DNA of 63,815 nucleotides, the filler included. It is 6 parts of 6 records of this genome, joined end to end, with 100 filler letters (N's around TTAATTAATTAA, not from the genome) between each part and the next. Parts side by side here need not be neighbours in the genome. Positions count along the whole stretch, not along the records: positions 53,701 to 59,775 come from SRR20825010_1054; positions 59,876 to 63,815 come from SRR20825010_1081; 4 more parts are not named here. One strand, 5' to 3'. This document shows positions 58,904 through 63,815 of the stretch, piece after piece. The position numbers were made by a program, and so were the translations under genes. Numbering within the stretch: the stretch's first letter is position 1; the number at the start of each line of letters is the position of its first letter. The notes beneath the pieces were generated by a model. The model made no database searches. It saw only the letters and a list, made by a program, of their open reading frames with translations, and was not told the DNA's origin.

Positions 58904-59775
58904 ATGGTTACGAGACGCAATTTTCTAAAAGCCGGTGCTGTAATTGCAGGCACATTGCCGTTCGCGCGTTCATTGTCCGCATTGGCGGCAGGAAGCGACA
59001 CGCTGGTTGCCGTGTCCGCCCAGACGGTCAATAGTCTTGATCTGCATCGCACCGGGACCAACCGTGCCAGTTACCAGATTGCGGTGAACTGCTATGATCG
59101 TCTGGTGTCTTTTGGGTCGAAGCCTGCCGAAGGCGGTGGTCTTTCCTATGATTATTCCACCATTGTGCCGGAGCTGGCTGAAAGCTGGACCTTCTCCGAC
59201 GATGGCATGAAGATCACCTTCAAGCTGAAATCCGATGCGGTTTTCACCGATGGCAGCAAGGTAACGGCAGCAGACGTCAAATGGTCGTTTGATCGTGCGG
59301 TCAGTGTCGGCGGATTCCCGACAGTTCAGATGAAAGCCGGTGGCTTTGTTCGCCCCGATCAATTCGAGGCTGTTGATGACGAGACCTTTGTCGTTACCCT
59401 TGATCAGGCATCCAAGCTTGCACTTCCCGATCTGGCAGTGCCAGTGCCCTTCATCATCAATTCGAAGGTGGCCAAGGAACATGCAACCACGGATGATCCG
59501 TGGGCAATGGAATATCTACATACCAACACCGTTGGTTCGGGTGCCTATACCGTTACCCGTTGGGATGCCGGTCAGCAGGTCGTCTTCGAGCGTAATGACA
59601 AATGGGTTGGCGGGCCGGTCCCGCCGGTGCGTCGTGTGATCATGCGCGAAGTTCCGTCTGCGGCCACCAGCCGCGCGCTGATCGAACGGGGTGACGTTCA
59701 GGTTGCCTTTGATATTCCGGACAAGGATGCCGCAGAACTGGCCGGTAAAGTCACGGTGCATTCAACCCCGATTGA
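58904..59775 (+). CDS. ABC transporter substrate-binding protein (family 5, Dpp/Opp-like), Tat signal, 3'-truncated
   Basis: TRRNFLK, PELAESW, FTDGSKVTAADVKWSFDR and GSGAY. Confidence 0.9.
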
Positions 59776-59875
59776 NNNNNNNNNNNNNNNNNNNNNNNNN
59801 NNNNNNNNNNNNNNNNNNNTTAATTAATTAANNNNNNNNNNNNNNNNNNNNNNNNNNNNNNNNNNNNNNNNNNNN
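59776..59875. other. Artificial contig spacer
   Basis: N44-TTAATTAATTAA-N44. Confidence 0.98.
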
Positions 59876-61113
59876 TTGCCGATGGCGCAGTTGTTGCCGA
59901 TGTCGGACGAGATGATCGCATCCTTGGGAAGGGCAGACTGAATGGCGCGCCAGGCCTGGCGCGGCGACATCAGATCGGCGTCGCGCTTGCGCGATTCCTC
60001 GTTCCAGACCGTGCCCGGATCGTCTTCCTCGTGGTCGAGCGACGACAGTTCCTGGGCCCAGCGGGACTTGGTCAGGGAGACAAGGTTGCGGCGGTCCTGG
60101 CGGCCCGCATCGCCGGCGTCATCGGAGAGTTGCGCCAGGATGGTGCGCGCCACCTTGGTGGCATCGCCCTCGATGCCGACGGTGACCTTCTTGGTCAGGC
60201 CGATGCGGTCGGCGTTGATGTCGACCTGGATGACGTCGGCATTCTTCGGCCAGTAATCGATGCCGTAGCCGGGCAGGGTCGAAAACGGGTTGAGGCGGGT
60301 GCCGAGCGCCAGCACGACATCGGCCCTGGCGATCAGTTCCATTGCCGCCTTCGAGCCATTGTAACCGAGCGGCCCGGCAAACAGCGGATGATTGCCCGGA
60401 AACGCATCATTGTGCTGGTAGCCGACACAGACCGGCGCATCCAGCCGTTCGGCAAGTGCCTTCGAGGCCTCGATCGCGCCGCCGAGAACGACGCCGGCGC
60501 CATTGAGGATCACCGGGAACCTGGCTTCGCTCAGAAGCTTCGCGGCGCGGTCGATCGCCTGCTCGCCGCCTGCGGGCCGTTCGAATTCGACGATCGCCGG
60601 CAGTTCGATATCGATGACCTGGGTCCAGAAATCGCGCGGAATGTTGATCTGCGCCGGGCCGCAGGCGCGCTTGGCCTTCAGGATCACGCGGTTCAGCACC
60701 TCGGCGATGCGCGACGCGTCGCGCACTTCTTCCTGATAGGCGACCATATCCTTGAACAGCGCCATCTGCTCGACTTCCTGGAAACCGCCCTGCCCGATGG
60801 TTTTGTTGGCGGCCTGCGGGGTCACCACCAGTAGCGGCGTGTGGTTCCAGTAGGCGGTCTTGACCGGGGTTACGAGCGAGGTGATGCCCGGCCCGTTCTG
60901 GGCGACGACCATCGACATCCGGCCGGTGGCGCGGCTGTAGCCGTCGGCCATCATACCGGCATTGCATTCATGGGCGCAGTCCCAGAATTCTATACCCGCC
61001 TCAGGGAAAAGGTCGGAAATCGGCATCATCGCCGAACCGATGATCCCGAAGGCATGTTCGATGCCATGCATCTGAAGGACTTTGACGAAAGCCTCTTCGG
61101 TGGTCATTTTCAT
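59876..61113 (-). CDS. xsc: Sulfoacetaldehyde acetyltransferase, 3'-truncated
   Basis: MKMTTEEAFVKVLQMHGIEHAFGIIGSA, AQNGPGIT, AYWNHTP, GPLGYNGSKAAM and SSDIGNNCAIG. Confidence 0.95.
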
Positions 61114-61145
61114 GGGGGGTCTCCTCTACGATTTTATGTTCGCTG

Positions 61146-62762
61146 TCACGCGGTCCGCCGGTTGTCCTCAAGCACGAGATCGCTGCATTTCTCGCCGATC
61201 ATGATGGCCGGGGCATTGGTGTTGCCCGAGACGATTTCCGGCATGATCGAACAATCGGCAACGCGAAGCCCGGCAATGCCGCGCACCCGCAGCCGCTCGT
61301 CGACAACCGCGCGCTCGTCCTGCCCCATGCGGCATGTGCCGGTCGGATGGTAGATCGAGGCGGAATGGTTGCGCGCCCAGTCCAGCGTAGCCTCGTAATC
61401 GTCCATGGCAAGCTCGGAAGAAGGCCTGAACTCCTCGGCGATCTTCGATTTGAGCGGGGCGTGACGCGCGATTTTCCGGGCGATCTTCACGCCTTCGACG
61501 ATTGTGCGCCGATCGGCCTCGGTCGACAGATAGTTCGGAAAGATCTTCGGATAGGTCCGTGGATCCGGGCCGTTGAGCACGATCTCGCCCCGGCTTTCGG
61601 GCCGCAACTGACAGACCGACATGGTGAAGGCGGAAAACGGATGCACGCCCTCGCCCGGATTGTCTGCGGACCATGGCTGGACATGGAACTGGATATCCGG
61701 CGTTTCCACATGGTCGCCGCTGCGCATGAAGCCGGTGGCAAGGCTTGCCGCCATCGCCATGGGGCCGGCGCGGAACATCGCGTATTTCAGCGCGATCCGC
61801 GCCTGATTGAACAGCGAGCGGACCTCGTCATTCAGCGTCGGTTCGTTGCATTTGAACACCAGGCGGGCCTGAAGATGATCCTGCAGGTTGCGCCCGACAT
61901 CCGGCGCATGACGGACGACCTCGATGCCGTTTTCCTTGAGCTTCGCGCCGTCGCCGATGCCGGACAGCATCAGCAGTTGCGGCGAGTTGATCGTGCCGGT
62001 GGACAGGATCACCTCGCGCCGGCAGGTCACCAATGCGTCCCGGTTGCCGTTCGCCAGATAGCTCACGCCGGTCGCCCGGCCGTTCTCGATCTCGACCTTC
62101 TTCACCAGCGCGCCGGTGACGATCTTCAGGTTGGGGCGTTTCTTGACCGGATTGAGGAAGGCGACGGCGGCGCTGCAGCGCCTGCCCTTGCGGGCGGTGA
62201 GCTGAAAATAGCCGACGCCCTCCTGGGTCTCGCCGTTGTAATCCGGATTGAAGGGGTAACCCGCCTCATTGGCGGCCGCCACCCAGGCATCGCAGATCGG
62301 GCGTTGCAGCCGCATGTTCGAGACCGACAGTTCGCCCTCGGTGCCATGAAACTGGTCGGCTCCGCGCTCCTGGTTCTCCGAGCGCTTGAACAGCGGCAGC
62401 ACGTCTTCCCAACTCCAGCCGCGATTGCCCATCTGCGCCCAGCGGTCATAGTCCTGACTCTGGCCGCGCACATAAAGCAGGCCGTTGAGCGAGGATGAGC
62501 CGCCGAGCACCTTGCCGCGCGGCCAGTCGAGCGAACGGCCGTTAAGTCCGGGATCGGGCTCGGTCTTGTAGCACCAGTCGACCGTCGGATTGTGCATCAT
62601 CTTGAAATAGCCGACGGGGATGTGGATCCAGGGATTGCGATCGGCAGGGCCCGCCTCCAGCAGCACGACGCTGACATCGGGGTCGGCGCTCAGCCTGTTG
62701 GCGATGACGCAGCCGGCGGAACCCGCGCCGACGATCACATAATCTGCTTCCAGCCGCTCCAT
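61146..62762 (-). CDS. iseJ: GMC oxidoreductase, probable isethionate dehydrogenase
   Basis: IVGAGSAG, WPRGKVLGGSSSLNG, GRNLQDH, YHPTGTC and GNTNAP. It lies directly upstream of xsc and divergent from a TRAP SBP. Confidence 0.8.
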   Translation of the reverse strand: MERLEADYVIVGAGSAGCVIANRLSADPDVSVVLLEAGPADRNPWIHIPVGYFKMMHNPTVDWCYKTEPDPGLNGRSLDWPRGKVLGGSSSLNGLLYVRGQSQDYDRWAQMGNRGWSWEDVLPLFKRSENQERGADQFHGTEGELSVSNMRLQRPICDAWVAAANEAGYPFNPDYNGETQEGVGYFQLTARKGRRCSAAVAFLNPVKKRPNLKIVTGALVKKVEIENGRATGVSYLANGNRDALVTCRREVILSTGTINSPQLLMLSGIGDGAKLKENGIEVVRHAPDVGRNLQDHLQARLVFKCNEPTLNDEVRSLFNQARIALKYAMFRAGPMAMAASLATGFMRSGDHVETPDIQFHVQPWSADNPGEGVHPFSAFTMSVCQLRPESRGEIVLNGPDPRTYPKIFPNYLSTEADRRTIVEGVKIARKIARHAPLKSKIAEEFRPSSELAMDDYEATLDWARNHSASIYHPTGTCRMGQDERAVVDERLRVRGIAGLRVADCSIMPEIVSGNTNAPAIMIGEKCSDLVLEDNRRTA

Positions 62763-62879
62763 CAGCCCCCCTCAAGCCCTGAATTTGCCGCCGAAGCGAC
62801 GAAAGTATCTTGCAAGGGCATTCGATATATGATTGATTTCGATACCGCAAGTCTCATTTTTTCATAGGGAGGGAAGAAA

Positions 62880-63815
62880 ATGACGACACTGGACGAGAAA
62901 CTGCGTGGCATATCGCGCCGCGATCTTTTCAAATTATCGGGACGTTTCGGGTTGAGCTCGACGCTGCTTGCAGCAAGCTCGATGGCGGGTGTCGTCACCC
63001 TGCCAAGCCTGGCGAAAGCCGTTGAATCCACATATGAAAAGCGTTTCGGCAATGAGCCGAAATACACGCTGAAATACGGAGCGTCCGGCTTCAACGCACA
63101 GAACACGCTGATCGAACGCGTCGGTTGCCTTGAGTTCGCCCGCGATCTCGAGGAGCGCACCAACGGTCTCGTCCGCGTCGAGTTCATCGGCGACAACCAG
63201 ATCTGCGGCCAGCTCAACTGCGTCGAGAAGACCCAGCTCGGCATTGTCGATATCTACACCGCTTCGACCCAGAACTCGGCTGGCGGCGCACCCTATCTGA
63301 ACGTGCTCGACTACGCCTATATGTTCCCGGGCCGTGCCTCGCAGTATCACTTCTTCTACAGCCCCGAATCCCAGCGTATCCTGCGCGATCCGCTGGAAAA
63401 GCGTCATGGCCTGAAATTCCTGTTCACCCATTGCGAACTGCGCGGCATCCAGCTCGGGCTGAAATATTCCGACAAGCCGACGATCACCAGGCTCGAGGAA
63501 CTGTTCGGCACCAAAAACCGCGTGACCGGCACCCAGCTCGGTCGCATCGCTATGCAGCTTCTGAACCTCAACCCGGTTCCGATCGCCTGGGAGGAAACGC
63601 TGGACGGCCTGAAGCAGGGCCTGATCGACGGCGCGGAAACCTGGGCCTCGGCCGTGGCCTACGCCAACATGGCGCCGGTGGTCTCGCAGTCGGTTGACCT
63701 GAAATTCTTCTGCGGCACCGAGCATACCTCGATGAACGCCAAGGTTTTCGACAGCTTCGAGGCGGAAGTTCAGGACGCCGTGATGGAATCGTCCTATCTG
63801 ACGCAGGTGCAGATC
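62880..63815 (+). CDS. iseK: TRAP transporter substrate-binding protein (DctP), IseK-like, Tat signal, runs off the window end (not in the ORF track)
   Basis: Hand translation gives MTTLDEKLRGISRRDLFKLSGRFG...FARDLEERTNGLVRVEF...PIAWEETLDGLKQGLIDGAE. RBS GGGAGGG. Confidence 0.85.
   Translation, partial: MTTLDEKLRGISRRDLFKLSGRFGLSSTLLAASSMAGVVTLPSLAKAVESTYEKRFGNEPKYTLKYGASGFNAQNTLIERVGCLEFARDLEERTNGLVRVEFIGDNQICGQLNCVEKTQLGIVDIYTASTQNSAGGAPYLNVLDYAYMFPGRASQYHFFYSPESQRILRDPLEKRHGLKFLFTHCELRGIQLGLKYSDKPTITRLEELFGTKNRVTGTQLGRIAMQLLNLNPVPIAWEETLDGLKQGLIDGAETWASAVAYANMAPVVSQSVDLKFFCGTEHTSMNAKVFDSFEAEVQDAVMESSYLTQVQI

Noticed and set aside
57865-59061. Long N-terminal extensions on LysR, ndh, mltB-like, OMP, MFP and GT4 ORFs
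   Set aside because: Upstream alternative starts overlap neighbours or promoters. Better RBS and domain boundaries lie downstream.
26178-59875. Five recurring TTAATTAATTAA elements flanked by Ns as a biological repeat
   Set aside because: They are identical 100-bp artificial spacers. Composition and apparent taxonomy change across them, so cross-contig gene neighbourhoods are meaningless.
62934-63725. 263-aa minus-strand ORF
   Set aside because: Antisense shadow of the plus-strand TRAP SBP starting at 62880.

Overview
The window is not one locus. It is six unrelated contigs joined by identical 100-bp artificial spacers (N44-TTAATTAATTAA-N44). (1) 1-26177 is an Alcanivorax-like gammaproteobacterial segment: pckA, ndh, ktrAB, a lytic transglycosylase, a PQQ sugar dehydrogenase, a large HEXXH/beta-barrel protein, a CocE/NonD lipoprotein, an OMP, envZ-ompR, an RND pump, an orphan pilH and tex. 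(2) 26278-37762 is an alphaproteobacterial (Parvibaculum-like) segment: MFS, an unannotated rubredoxin directly behind a CYP108-like P450, TetR, a flavoprotein plus epoxide hydrolase, GH1, and a GT4/methyltransferase/hydrolase operon resembling the mycobacterial methylmannose-polysaccharide genes manT-meT1-mmpH. (3) 37863-49145 is a Bacteroidota PUL (SusC/D, two sulfatases, an O-acetylesterase, a GH29 fucosidase). (4) 49246-53600 is a Devosia/Pelagibacterium-like segment (dac, tusA, PilZ, CAP, fumC) with CtrA-like boxes and a sigma54 promoter. (5) 53701-59775 is an alphaproteobacterial sugar ABC transporter plus LacI with a striking operator set, a LysR and a peptide-type SBP. (6) 59876-63815 is an isethionate-type degradation locus (xsc, iseJ-like, and an iseK-like TRAP SBP missing from the ORF track). 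No CRISPR array, rRNA, tRNA or mobile element was recognised. Best leads: the MMP-like operon outside Actinomycetota, the P450-rubredoxin operon and the peptidase-beta-barrel fusion protein. All family calls and taxon guesses come from motif recognition by eye, not from database searches.
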